From Cetorhinus maximus (lineage: Eukaryota), in NCBI RefSeq assembly GCF_964194155.1, contig NC_135900.1:29202001-29266000 (forward strand): a stretch of DNA of 64,000 bases, given 5' to 3'. Below are positions 52,086 to 64,000 of the stretch, piece after piece. A program made the translations under genes and the position numbers. The notes beneath the pieces were generated by a model. That model saw nothing but the letters and a program-made list of their open reading frames with translations, was not told where the DNA came from and did not search any database. Numbering within the stretch: position 1 is the stretch's first letter; each line of letters begins with the position of its first letter.

Positions 52086-52780
52086 GGGCAGAATCTTCGG
52101 CTCGGTGAGCTGGGGTGGGGCCCGCTCACCAAGGCATAAAAATGACGTGGGGTGATGTCGGGCGTGCGTCCCAACGTCACCGCGCGTCATTTAGATTTTC
52201 AGTTTTGCGGGCGCACAGCCAAGTCGGCTGCACGCCCACCAAACTGTCAAAGGCCTATTAAGGCCATTTGAAAAGCCACTTAAGCAATTACCTGAGCTGC
52301 CCGTCCAACCTTAAGGTTGGTGGGCAGGCGAAGAGCCCAGGCATTTTTCATGGAACCTCATCCACGGGTAGGATGAGGTTTCATAAATGATTTTAAATTT
52401 TCACAAAAATATTTATTAAAATTAACGCACATGTCCCAGCTCATGTGACAGTTTCACATGAGGGGGACATGTCATAACATTTTTTTCACCATATTATTAA
52501 ACTGTTTAACCTTAAAACTTATCAGAGGTGCCTCAGGGAGATTTCCGCGTTCTTTTGCGCGCATGCATGAAAGAGCGCACTCCTGACTCAGGCAACCACC
52601 CCCCCCCCCCACCCCAACCCCCCCGCACAAGGAGCACACAACGCTTCTGGGCACGCGTCATGTTGGGTGGGCCTTAATTGGCCTGCCCACGTAAAATGGT
52701 GGCGCAGACCCAATCGGGGGTGCCAATCGGGTCTGCGCCCGTTCCTGCACCACCTGCCCAACAGGCAGGAAATTCTGCCC
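52086..52780 (+). mobile_element. Harbinger-like MITE (695 bp), full length
   Basis: GGGCAGAATCTT / GAAATTCTGCCC with perfect ATA/ATA TSD. Inserted in the first bases of a CR1 (TTCCGTCATA|AGGTCAG). Confidence 0.9.
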
Positions 52781-53699
52781 ATAAGGTCAGAATTGAGAAT
52801 GTTCACTGATGATTGCACAATGTTTGCGACTCCTCAGATACTGAAGCAGTCCGTGTCCATTTGCAGCAGGACCTAGACAATATTCAGACTTGGGTTGATA
52901 AGTGGCAAGTAACATTTGCATCACAAAAGTGTCAGGCGATGACCATCTTCAATAAGAGAGAATCCAACCATCTCCCCTTGATATTCAATGGCATTACCAT
53001 TGCTGAATCCCCTCCTATCAACATCCTGGAGGTTACGATTGACCAGAAACTGAACTGGACTAGCCAGATAAATACTGTGGCTACAAGAGCAGGTCAGAGG
53101 CTGGGAATTCTGCAGAGAGTAACTCACCTCCTGACTCCCCAAATCTTGTCCACCATCTACAAGGCACAAGTCAGGAATGTGATGGAATATTCTCCACTTG
53201 CCTGAATGCAACTCCAAGAACATTGAAGAAGCTTGACACCATTCAGGACAAATCAGCCCACTTGATTGGCACCCCATCCATGAACTTAAACATTCAGTCC
53301 CTCCACCACTGGCGCATGGTAGCAGCTGTATACACCATCTAAAATATGCAGTGGAGCAGCTCACCAACGGTCCTTCGGCAGCACCTTCCAAACTTGCGAC
53401 TTCTGTCACCTCTAAGGACTAGGGCATCAGATGCATGTAAACACCACCACCTGCAAGTTCCTCTCCAAGCCACTCACCATCCTGACTTAAAAACTATATC
53501 ACTGTTCCTTCACTGTTGCTGGGTCAAAATCCGTGAAGTCACTTCCTAACAGCACTGTGGGTAAACGTACACCACATTGACTGCAGCGGTTCAAGAATAT
53601 TGCTCATCATCACCTTCTCAAGGGCAATTAAGGATGGACAACAAATGCTAGCCTTGGCAGCATCGCCTACATCCTGTGAATGAATAAATTTAAAAAAAA
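52781..53699 (+). mobile_element. CR1 LINE (family B), 3' ~900 bp
   Basis: LQQDLDNIQTWVDKWQVTF...YKAQVRNVMEYSPLA. Tail GAATGAATAAATTTAAAAAAAA. Confidence 0.92.
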
Positions 53700-55949
53700 C
53701 ACTTGTGACAGACTTTTCCTTTCTAGAATTGGCTTGTTCAGCCATCAAAACAAGTGCAGCAGATGATCTCATCTGACCTCTCCAAAGTTCTGAGGCAGCA
53801 TTCTCATCATCTCTCACAGATGGAAGGCTGCTAATTAAGGACCCCAATTTTAATATATTCTTGAGTTTCTTGTTGCATGCAGGAGCACTAGCTGCCTATT
53901 TCAAGGCTCCCTCTGAAATTGTGTCAGCTACAAAGATGGCAGGAAGTTTTATTTTTAGCAATTTTTGTCCCATTACACACCTATTCCCAACAAAAATACA
54001 GGACAGTAGCAAGAAAAAGATGAGCATCATTATCCCTTACAGGTAGAACATGTACATAGTTAGTTTTCTAATTCTGCATCCTGAAGGACACACATTTCCT
54101 CTCGACATTGGGCCTCCACGCAAATGGTAAAATCCTAGCCTAACTCCCTGTACCACTGAGCCATATTGTTCATTACTTTTTAATTTGGGAAGGCATTCAA
54201 GCATGTAAACATAAAGAATTGATGAAAAAGCCATATGTTCAACTTTGTATAATGAACAGATTTCGATAACTGGCAAACGTGACGAACATGGACACATCAC
54301 TTTTAATTTGAAAACATGTCTCAAACAGCGCATAATTTTAAGTCTAAATACTGTGAGCATCACAGATGAGACAATGTGCTACAGTTTCTTATGGCTGGCA
54401 TAGCAAATCAATAATGTGAAAATATACTTCAGCTACATGGGTTGATGTGTTCAGAGCTAGTAACACCACTGAGCTGAAAGACATTTTCAAGTCTTATGTC
54501 CAGTGCTCATATTTTTTCTTCTCCAAATCTGCATAAAATTTTCCCTTTTATAAAGTATACTTTGAACAATCAATTAGATATTTGTTTACTCAAAACTATT
54601 AATTAGTAGTCATTTTCACTAACTAATGTTTAGCTCTTAATTTTTTTTGCCACAACAATCTTCATACTCAATTCCATGAGTTTAGTGCTGCATAGTGCTA
54701 TAAATAAAGATAGCTTATCAGTTTTCTTTTGAATACTTACTAATTTATATGCTAGTCAGACAGGTTAGTAAGCCTCATGTGCATCAAAAAGAAATATTTT
54801 GCTATCAATCATTTTGTGCAGGGAAACTAATAATTACTTGAATTGTACACCCAGAATCCTCTACATAACAAAACACTGCAATGTACAGAGGCAGAAGAAA
54901 AAGGGCCATTATTAGAAGGATATGTATATGAAAAAATTGGAAGGCAAGCCCAGTTGGCTGCTCAAGAATCATTGCTGGTTTCAGAACAGCATTGCCAGGA
55001 AGCCTGGGAGCACAATGTGTAGCAGTCTCTCTGATGAGAACGATGTGTGCCATCAAAAGACTTAAAAAGAATTTAGAAATAGAAAGGTTCTGAAATTACG
55101 CTGTCGGATGTTAATATACAAACACTAAATCACCTGAGCTTTCTTTTTATCTCTGCAGAGGACTAACTCATTTAAAATAAATTTGCTACTCATTGTACTA
55201 ACATTACAGGGAGGTCTATCATACAAATGTGATAAACATTCATTTGTGTTTCATGTATGAATTCAGGGTCCCAAGTTTCACCCTCAAAGGGACAAAAAAT
55301 ACTAGAACTACAGAAAGTGGGCAAAAGACTGTTTTGAAAACTATTTGAATTACTTTAAGATGCCATAGCACAAGGCAGACAGAAATCAGCATTTCCTGGT
55401 TCTTTTGTCATATTTGCTTTTCTGGTTTGACAACTGTTTTGGAGTCCAATTTCATGGAAGAGTTCTCACCAGTTATGCTGACGGGTCACACTGTCCTCAG
55501 GAGTGGGCAATTTCACAGAAGTTTAATGACATTACACATCACAATACATCTAGCCAGCGATATACTTTAGTGATAAATATTTAGATCATAAAACACAAAT
55601 GGCAATAAATAAAGCAACCGAAAATCTACAATCAAATGCAGCTGAACGATGTGAAGTGTAGAATCAATTAGGTAATGAAGCAAAGCCACACATTTATGAT
55701 AAAGACCAAATCATAAAATCGGAGTAGAAAATATTTAAAAATCAATAGAACCTAATATATATGTTAAAAGTAATTAATTAAAATTCATAGCAGCAGATTA
55801 CAGTAATTTAGGCATTTAAAAAATGGACCTGTAACTTCTACAGATTTTGAAATGTTGAATGACAGTGACAGTCAACTAGTAGTCAGCAAGATCTGATGCT
55901 GCTTTGAGAGTAGATTTTGAAGGTAGCTTTATTTTTAAGCCCTCTCACA

Positions 55950-56790
55950 ACAACAACATGCATTTGTTTAGTGCCGTTAACTTCGTAAAATGTCCCAAGG
56001 TGCATCATGGTATGTTATCTTCTTGAGCCCCCTCTTCCGTATCCCCTCTACCCTCACCTACAAAAAAAGTGCGAGGAGCTCATGGAATTCTTTGTCACTA
56101 ACATTGAAACAATCTGATCAACTGTCTTTTGCTGGATCCCTCCCTTCCACTAGCCCACCTGGCCAATCTTTATTTAATGCTCCAGTACATTTTATCAACT
56201 TTTTGGTGGCCCTTTGCTGGTTTCTAAAATACTCCCAATCCTCAGGCTTGCTACTATTCTTTGCAACATAATAAACCTAGCTCCTTGACCAAGCTTTTGG
56301 TCATCTGATCTAATATCTCCTTGTGTGGCTCAGTGTCATACTTTGTTTTATAATGCTCCTGTGAAGTGCCTTGGGATGTTTCATTACGTTGAAGGTGCTA
56401 CAGAAATATGTTGTTTTTGTTGCTGTTATCAAACAAAATTTGACACCAAACCATGCAGGAGACATTCAGACAACCAAAATCTTGGTCAGAAATGTAGGTT
56501 TTAAGCGGTGTTTTGAAGGGTGCGAGAGAGGTAAAGAGACAGAGAGGTTAAGGGAAGTAATTCCACAGCCTCAGGCCTACCGGGCTGAAGTTATGGCTGC
56601 CAATGGTGCAGTGACTAAAATAAGGGATGCTCAAGGGACCAGAGTTGGAGGACTATAGAGATCTCAGAGGTTGTAGGGGTGAAGGAGGATACAGAGATAG
56701 AGGAGTGAGACTATGGAGGGATTCCAATTTTAAAATTGAGGCATTGCTGGATTGAGAGCCAATGTAAGTCAGCAGCAAGTACAGGGAATA
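55950..56790. mobile_element. Cluster of L2 LINE fragments in both orientations
   Basis: L2 tail TGTGAAGTGCCTTGGGATGTTT..GTTG at 56360-56425 (+). Reverse L2 pieces at 55950-56005 and 56430-56790. Confidence 0.7.
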
Positions 56791-57324
56791 CAAGTTTGGG
56801 ACAGTGCTAAAGTTGTTGTAGTACATGTTTAGAAGAGTTTTAGGAATTGAGCATTACAACACTGCCAATAACTGTACTGTTATGGAAATATTAATGTAGA
56901 TAACTGTGGCAAGATATTCAGCTATTGTTCTGAGAACACAGCATTACAGCTGTTATTAACAAGTGCCGTTAAGCTTCCCTTTTTCAGAGCTGCCGGAAAA
57001 CATATTGGACGCTGACATGTAAGGTGAAGGACATTAGGGTATTGGGTGGAAACAACTTACACCCGACCAAGATCAGAAAGGCAACTGGCTCCATTCGAAT
57101 GTCAATCTTCTCCCAACAACAGTGAAAACTGAACCTACACCATGCTCATAGTCACATTTTGTTCCATTTCTCTCTATTTGATAAACTTGGCAATAATATT
57201 TTCTTGCCCTGTGACACTGCACCATAGTTAAAATAATTTGTTAAACTACTTGCAGTTCAAATTTGACTTTATTGTACCAAGGCATATGGTGTTGGTATGT
57301 CTTACTGTTTTGCTGATTTTTAAA

Positions 57325-58893
57325 GTTTATTTATTCATGGGTTGTGAACGTATCTGGCAAGGCAATTATTTATCGCCCATCCCTAGCTACTTTTGTAAAG
57401 GTGGTGGTGAAGCACTGCTACGGTCTACACGGTGTAGATATACCATAGTGCTGTTGGAAGAGAGTTCCAGAATTTTGACCTAGTAATAGTGAAGAAATGG
57501 TGATATAGTTCCAAGTCAGGATGATGTGCATCCTGGAGGGGAACTTGAAGGTGGTCATGTTCCCATGTGTCTTGTCTCTTGTCCTTCATAGTGTTAGAGG
57601 TCATGGATTTGGAAGGTGCTATCGAAGGAACCTTGGTGCAGTGCATCTTGTAGACGGCGCACACTTCTGTCACTGCGCCGGTAGTATAGGGAATGAATGT
57701 TTAAGTTGGTGGATGGGGTGCCAATCAAGCCGGCTGCTTTGTCCTGGATGTTGTTGAGCTTCTTGAGTTCTGCTGGAGCTGCAATAATCCAGGCAAGTGA
57801 GGGCATTCCATCACACACCAGACTTGTGTCTTGTAGAAGCTATGGAGAGTCAGGAGGTGAGTTACTCACTGTGGAATTCCCAACTTCTGACCTGCCCTTG
57901 TAGCCACAGCATTTATATGGTTGGTCTTGTTAACACAAGAAATAGGCCCTGCTCCACCATTCAGTAAGATCATGGCTGATCTGGTTGTGGCCTTAACTCC
58001 ATTTCCTTGCCATCCCCCCATAACCTCTGACTCTCTTGTAAATCAAAAAACCGTCTAACTTAGCATTAAATGCATTCAGTGACTCTTCTGAGTGAAGAAA
58101 TTCCTCATCCCTGTCTTAAATGGGAGACCCTTTATTTGAAACCATGTCCCATAGTTCTAGATTCCCATGAGGAGAAACATCCTCTCAGCATTTACCCTGT
58201 CAAACTGCCTCAGAATCTTATATGTTTCAATAAGATTACCTCTCATTCTTCTGAACTCCAATGAGAATAGGCCCAACCTGCTGTTAAATTTTTGGCCGAT
58301 AATAACCCCAGGATGTTAAAGCTGGGGTGGGGGGGTGGGGGGGCAGTGTAATTCAGCAGTGGTAATGCCATTAAATGTCAAGGAGAGATGGTTAGATACT
58401 CTCTTGTTGCAGATGTTCATTGTCTGGCACTTGTGTGAGACAAATGTTACTTGCCACGTATTACCCCAAACCTGAGTGTTGTCTAGGTCTTGCTGCACAC
58501 AGGCAAGGACTGCTTCATTATCTGAGGAGTTGTGAATGGAACTGAACACAGTGCAATCATCAGCGAACATCTCCACTTATGTTGGAGTGAAGGTCATTGA
58601 TGATGCAGCTGAAAATGATTGGGCCTAGGACTCCTGAAGAATGCCTACAAAAATGCCCTGGGGCTGAGATGATTGGCCTCCAAAACCCACACTGACATTC
58701 CTTTGTGCTAGGTAGGTCTCCAGCTAGTGAAGAGTTTTCCCGATTTCCATTGACTTCAATTACATCAAATGCTGCCTCGATGTCAAGGAGACTCATTCTT
58801 CGCACCTTTGGAATTCAGTTTTTTTGCTCATGTTTGGACCAAGCCTGTAACAAATTCTGCAGCAGAGTGGCCCTGCTAAAACCTAACCTAAGC
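57325..58893 (-). mobile_element. CR1 LINE (family B), with a CR1-A 3' fragment at ~57935-58285; upstream part resumes at 60302-60530
   Basis: MFADDCTVF..QQDLDNTQVW. Fragment 60304-60522(-) encodes KSNPDNYHPIKVLSII..EGVINSAIK, the adjacent upstream consensus. Confidence 0.85.
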
Positions 58894-60177
58894 ACTTGCT
58901 TAGCAATAACCTGCTCAGTTTGGGTTCTGCCAGGGCCACTTGGCTCCTGACCTCATTACAGCCTTGGCTCAAACATGGGCAAAAGAGTTGAACTGCAGAG
59001 GTGAGGTGAGAGTGACTGCCCTTGACATCAATGCAGTCCTTGACAAAGTGTGGCATCAAGGCACCTGAGCAAAACTGGAGTCAATGGGGATCAGGGGAAA
59101 ACTCTCCACTGGTTGGAGTCATACCTAGCACAAAGGAGGATGGTTGTGGTTGTTGGAGGTTAATCATCTCAGTTCCAGGACATCACTGCAGGAGTTCCTC
59201 ATGGTTGTGTCCTGGGCCCAACCATCATCAGCTGCTTCATCAATGACCTTCCTTCCATCATAAGTTCAGAAGTGGGGCTGTACGCTGATGATCGCACAAT
59301 GTTCAGCACCATTAACGACTCCTGAGATATTGAATCTGTCCATGTCCGAATGCAACAAGATCTAGACAATATCCAGGCTTGGGCTGACAAGTGGCAAGAA
59401 ACATTTGCACCACACAAGTGCCAGGCAATGACCATCTCCAACAGGAAAGAATCCAACTATCACCCCTTGACATTCAATGGCATTACCATTGCTGAATCCC
59501 CCACTATCAACATCCTGGAGGTTACCATTGACCAGAAACTGAACTAGATTAGCCATATAAATACAGTGGCTACAAGAGCAGGTCAGAGGCTGGAATCCTG
59601 TGGCGAGTACCTCACCTCCTGACTCCCCAAAGCCTGTCCACGATCTACAAGGCACAAGTCAGAAGTGTGATGGAATACTCTACATTTGCCTGGATGAGAG
59701 CAGCTCCAACAACGCTCAAGAAGCTTGACACCATCCAGGACAAAGCAGCCCGCTTGATTGGCACCCCTTCTACAAACATTCACTCCCTCCACCACCGACA
59801 AACAGTGGCAGCGGTGTGTACCAGCTACAAGATGCACTGCAGGAACTCACCAAGCCTCCTTAAGCAGCACCTTCCAAACCAACAACCGCTACCATCTAGA
59901 AGGACAAGGGCAGTGAACACATGAGAACACAACCATCTGGAAGTTCTGTTCCAAGCCACTCACCATCCTGACTTGGAAATATATCGCCGTTCCTTCATTA
60001 TCGCTGGGTCAAAATCTTGAAACTCTCTCCCTAACAGCACTGTGGGTGCACCTACACTACATAGATTGCAGTGGTTCAAGAAGGCATCTCACCACCACCT
60101 TCTCAAGGCAGTTAGGGATGGGTGATAAATTCTGGCCTAGCCAGTGACGCCCATATCCCATGAACGAAAAAAAAAAA
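58890..60177 (+). mobile_element. CR1 LINE (family B), better preserved 3' 1.3 kb
   Basis: YADD motif, MQQDLDNIQAWADKWQETFAPHKCQ, MEYSTFAW. A-rich tail at 60163-60177. Confidence 0.92.
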
Positions 60178-61301
60178 TCCACCAATGTGGTTGACTCTTA
60201 AATGGTCTAGTAAGCCACTCAATTCAAGAGCAATTAAGGATGGGCAACAAATGCTGGCCATTCCAACGATATCCACATACCCCATGGAAAAAATGTTAAA
60301 AAGCTACTTGATAGCACTATTGATGACACCTTCCGATACTTTTCTGATGATTGAGAGTACCTTAATGGGGTGGTAATTATCTGGATTGGATTTCTCCTGC
60401 TCTTTGTGGAGAGAACATACTCCTGAGCAATTTTCCACATTATTGGGTAGGTGCCAGTGTTGTAGCTGTACTGGAACAGCTTGAATGAGGGTGCAGCTAG
60501 TTCTGTGCCAGTCTTTGAGCATTCAGCTACAAAGGTAATGACTAACAAATCTTTAATGCACCTGCAGTCCCGCTGGCTGCTTCACATTAAACCATAAAAG
60601 TAAAGACAGCTGATGGACAACAAAATAATGTGAATCCAAAAAAATACTGATATAAGATTGGGAATAGTTCAAAAACAAGGCAGAATAATCTCTGAATGGG
60701 TCTGCTTCAATGAATCCCGTATTAAATAGGATTATCAGAGTACAAAATTAAGCAGTACAGTAATGCTGACTGAAGGAAAAGCTTGACAATTGAAGCTGCT
60801 CTGTTGTTCAAGGCAAAATAAAATTAGTTTTTAGCAATTGCTTTTTTATATTTGTCGTTGGTTAATTCTGCAATATTTAATATCTAGCATTTTAAATCTT
60901 TGCATATTACAATTCTCCCTATTTCCTACACACAATATCCACTGATTATCCAAAGTGATAGTAGAATCTCTTGGTTTTTAATTAACACGAATACGTTTTC
61001 AAAGAAACTAGATGGTTTGGAGAAGGAACTGGGGAAGTGGATTGCAATATTGGAAATAAAAGGTGATATCAATTGGACCTGTCATTATTAGTTATGAATG
61101 TACAAAGCAGAAGTGAGGGAAGAAAAGGATCACTGCAACTGATAAGTTACAGATAAATTAAGATATTTCTGCAATGTAATGAAGTAACTAAGAAGGTGAG
61201 TGAAAGATGTGTGCCCACATTGCTAGTGAAGTTTCCCAGCAGTAGCAGAGACTGGTAAGATAATCCCTATAGTATCTCTTTCAAACTAACAAAAGTGACA
61301 T

Positions 61302-61976
61302 TGGACCTCAGGATTTTATCTGACTTGATGGCCGGGATTTTCCGGCTGGAGTCTAAGCTCAGTGGCGGGTGTAAAAGTGGGAATGATTTCTGTTGTGGGG
61401 GTGGGATGGCTGACTTCGCACGATCTTCAGCTGTTCAGCTCCTTATCTATGTATCCACGAGGAGCTCGCTGATTCTTGCGATGGGGGCAGGCATTATCTC
61501 ATGGGGGTCCAATGGCTGGGCACCATATTTAAAGGATACCCGGACAGCCTGCACTATCCTTTCCACCTTTGCCTGGCCACTGCTCCATCCTTCCTGCTAA
61601 CTTTTTCTCCCTCCCTTGGGCATCTTCTGCACAACTTGCACTGGCACCAGCCAGTCTCAAGCATAGGCTAGCATTTACAGCCGCTCCCCAAAGAGGACTA
61701 TGCAGCAGCAACTCACCCTTAATTATGGAAGAAGTCAGGTGCACACCATTTATGGGCAGTCGAAAAAGTGAACGCTCTAATTTCTGACCGGCAAGAACTT
61801 AATTTGGAGAGGGAACTTAATTCTAGTGAGGTGGCCTTTTAATGAGCATACACGACAGGCAAATGCATGCAAAAAGGCTTCCTGATATTGTTCGTCGGGA
61901 AACTCGGCCTGCCTTTCAAGTCCGGAGACCTTAATTCCTAAAGTTCATCCTGCTGTCGGGGAACTGATTTTTGGCC
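61302..61976. mobile_element. Probable decayed Harbinger-like non-autonomous element
   Basis: CpG-rich island-like block in AT-rich DNA with GGATTTT near the start and TTTTGGCC at the end. Termini are poor. Confidence 0.4.
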
Positions 61977-62214
61977 TCATACCAAATTAAGTTGTCCTGC
62001 CAGCCAAATTTCACTGCTGCCAGGACCAGAAGATTCCACCCGATGTGTGTACATTAATGCAAAAATTGCAGATTGTCTGTACTTTAGTACCACACTTGGA
62101 CCATTGTACCTAGTTTTACATCTGTACTTGTTTACAGATGTAAGCACTGATTTTCTGAACATATGCTGCTGGTGTGGAGCCTTGCTTGCTGGGAGCTCAT
62201 GACGTATTTTTCAT

Positions 62215-63873
62215 TAAAATTGAGACTTTCTGATTAGCCCCCTCTGCCACCTCATAAGAAATAGGAGCAGGAATAGGTCATACAGCCCCTCAAGCCTTCT
62301 CTCCTTTTCCCTTGTCCACCAGGCTATGTTCCCTTCTGCCCTAAACCCCTGAATTTGCATTTTTCCCTAGTTACTCAACTATCTCCGCTCATGCCCTCTC
62401 CAAGCTCATTTTGTCCATGAGACCCACCTCTTGCTCCCTCAACCCCACTTCCACTAAACTGCTGGCCACCCAATTTCTCTGCTATGCTGCCATGTTAGCT
62501 GATATTGTTAACGGTTCTCTCTCCTCAGGCACTGTCCTTCTCTCCTTCAAATCATCTCCTCTTCAGAAAATCAACCTCACTCCTTCTGTCCTTGCAAACT
62601 ACCACCCAATTTACAAACTCCCTTTCTTTGCCAAAGTCCTTGAGCATGCTGTCACCTTCCAAATCTATCTGCACCTTTCTGAGAACTCCAAGTTTGAATA
62701 CCTCCAGTCAGGATTCCACCTGATATCACAAAACAGCCCTTATCAAGTCAAAAGTGACATCCCATGTAAATGTGACAAAGATCAACTATCCCTGCTCATC
62801 CTTTTAGATCTGTCTTCAGCCTTTGACACGGTTGACCAACCATACTCCTCCAATGCCTCTCCACCACAAACCAGCTGGATGGGACTGTATTCACCTGGTT
62901 CCATTCTTATCTTACTCAACTGTAGAAAGCAAATCATTTGCAATGGATTCTCTTCCTGCTGTTGTATCATTTATTACCTCCCTTGCCCTCTATGGATCTA
63001 TCTTCTGCCCCATACAATTTCCCGTGTGTATGCTGCTTTTCAACAACATCATCCAAAATTGGGAAGACAGAAGCTATTGTCTTTGGTTTCCACCACAAAT
63101 TCCATTCTCTAGCCACTGACTTCATCCCTATCCCTGATGACTCTCTGAGATTAAACCAGACTGTTCACAAACTTGGTATTATATTTGACCTCTATGTGAA
63201 CTTCCAACCATATATTCGTACCATCACTAAAATCACAAATTTCCACCTCTGCAATATCGACCAACTCCACTTCACCTCAGCTCAACCGCTGCTAAAACCC
63301 TCATCTGTGCATTTACTGCCTCTAAACTTGGGTATTCCAACCCATTTCCGGCTGTAATCCCAAGTTCTACCCACCGCAAGTTTGAGTTCATCCAAAACTC
63401 TGCTGCCAGTGACCTAATTTGCGCCAAGCCCCTTCAAAAATCACCCCTTTGCTTGCTGACTTACACTGGCTCTTGGTTAACCAACATCGCAATCTTAAAA
63501 TTCTTCATCCTTGTTTTTAAACCCCTCCATGGACTCACCCCTAACTATTTCTAGCACTTCACCAGCACTATAACCCTCCAAGATGTTAGTGTGCCACCAA
63601 TTCTGACCTCTTGTATATCCCAAGCTTAATAACTCCATTAATGGCAGCTGTGTCTTCAGCTGCCAAGACCTGAAGGAATTCCCTCCCCAAACCTCTCTGC
63701 CTCTTCTCCTCCTTTACGACGCTCCATAATACCTACCTCTCTGACCAAGTTTTTGGTCACCTGCCCTAATAATTCTTTATATAGTCTGGTAATAAATTTT
63801 GTTTGATAACCTTTTTGTGAAGCTCCTTGGGAGATTTTACTGTGTTAAGGGTGCTGATAAATGCAAGTTGTTG
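62215..63873 (+). mobile_element. L2 LINE, 5'-truncated
   Basis: NYHPIYKLPFFAKVLEH, YLQSGF, LILLDLSSAFDTVD, KTEAIVFG. Tail TGTGAAGCTCCTTGGGA...TAAATGCAAGTTGTTG. Confidence 0.92.
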
Positions 63874-64000
63874 GAGAAATCACAGGTGTGTTCCCTGCTA
63901 TTTCCCTTTGGATTAATGATCCTATAATGTAAATAAATGGGAAAATGCAGAAAAGATAAAAAGATAAACACTGCAGTAATATCTAAAATGTACAAGGATG

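Noticed and set aside
54833-55023. ~60-codon open frame on + (LHNKTLQCTEAEEK...)
   Set aside because: No start or splice support and no recognisable family; length is within chance.

Overview
Vertebrate non-coding DNA, most likely from a shark or other elasmobranch (inferred from the repeat repertoire). I recognised no host-gene exon, RNA gene or CRISPR array, so the window reads as intron or intergenic sequence. About half of it is nested, decayed transposable elements. These include two CR1 LINE families (one near full length, with SGNH-esterase ORF1), L2, RTE and Penelope-like retroelements, SacSINE1-like tRNA SINEs, a probable solo LTR and a Buster/Charlie-type hAT with a perfect 8-bp TSD. 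There is also a PIF/Harbinger system: a HARBI1-like transposase fragment, intron-containing Myb/SANT partner genes, and many GGGC...GCCC MITEs with 3-bp TSDs. The most unusual observations are (i) a young ~140-bp tRNA-headed mini-SINE present twice, each copy with its own 14-bp TSD and a dimeric non-polyA tail; (ii) three short (250-500 bp) segments that appear copied from DNA 1-6 kb away; and (iii) a head-to-head CR1 pair whose breakpoints fall at almost the same consensus position. Family names rest on motif recognition by eye, not on database searches.
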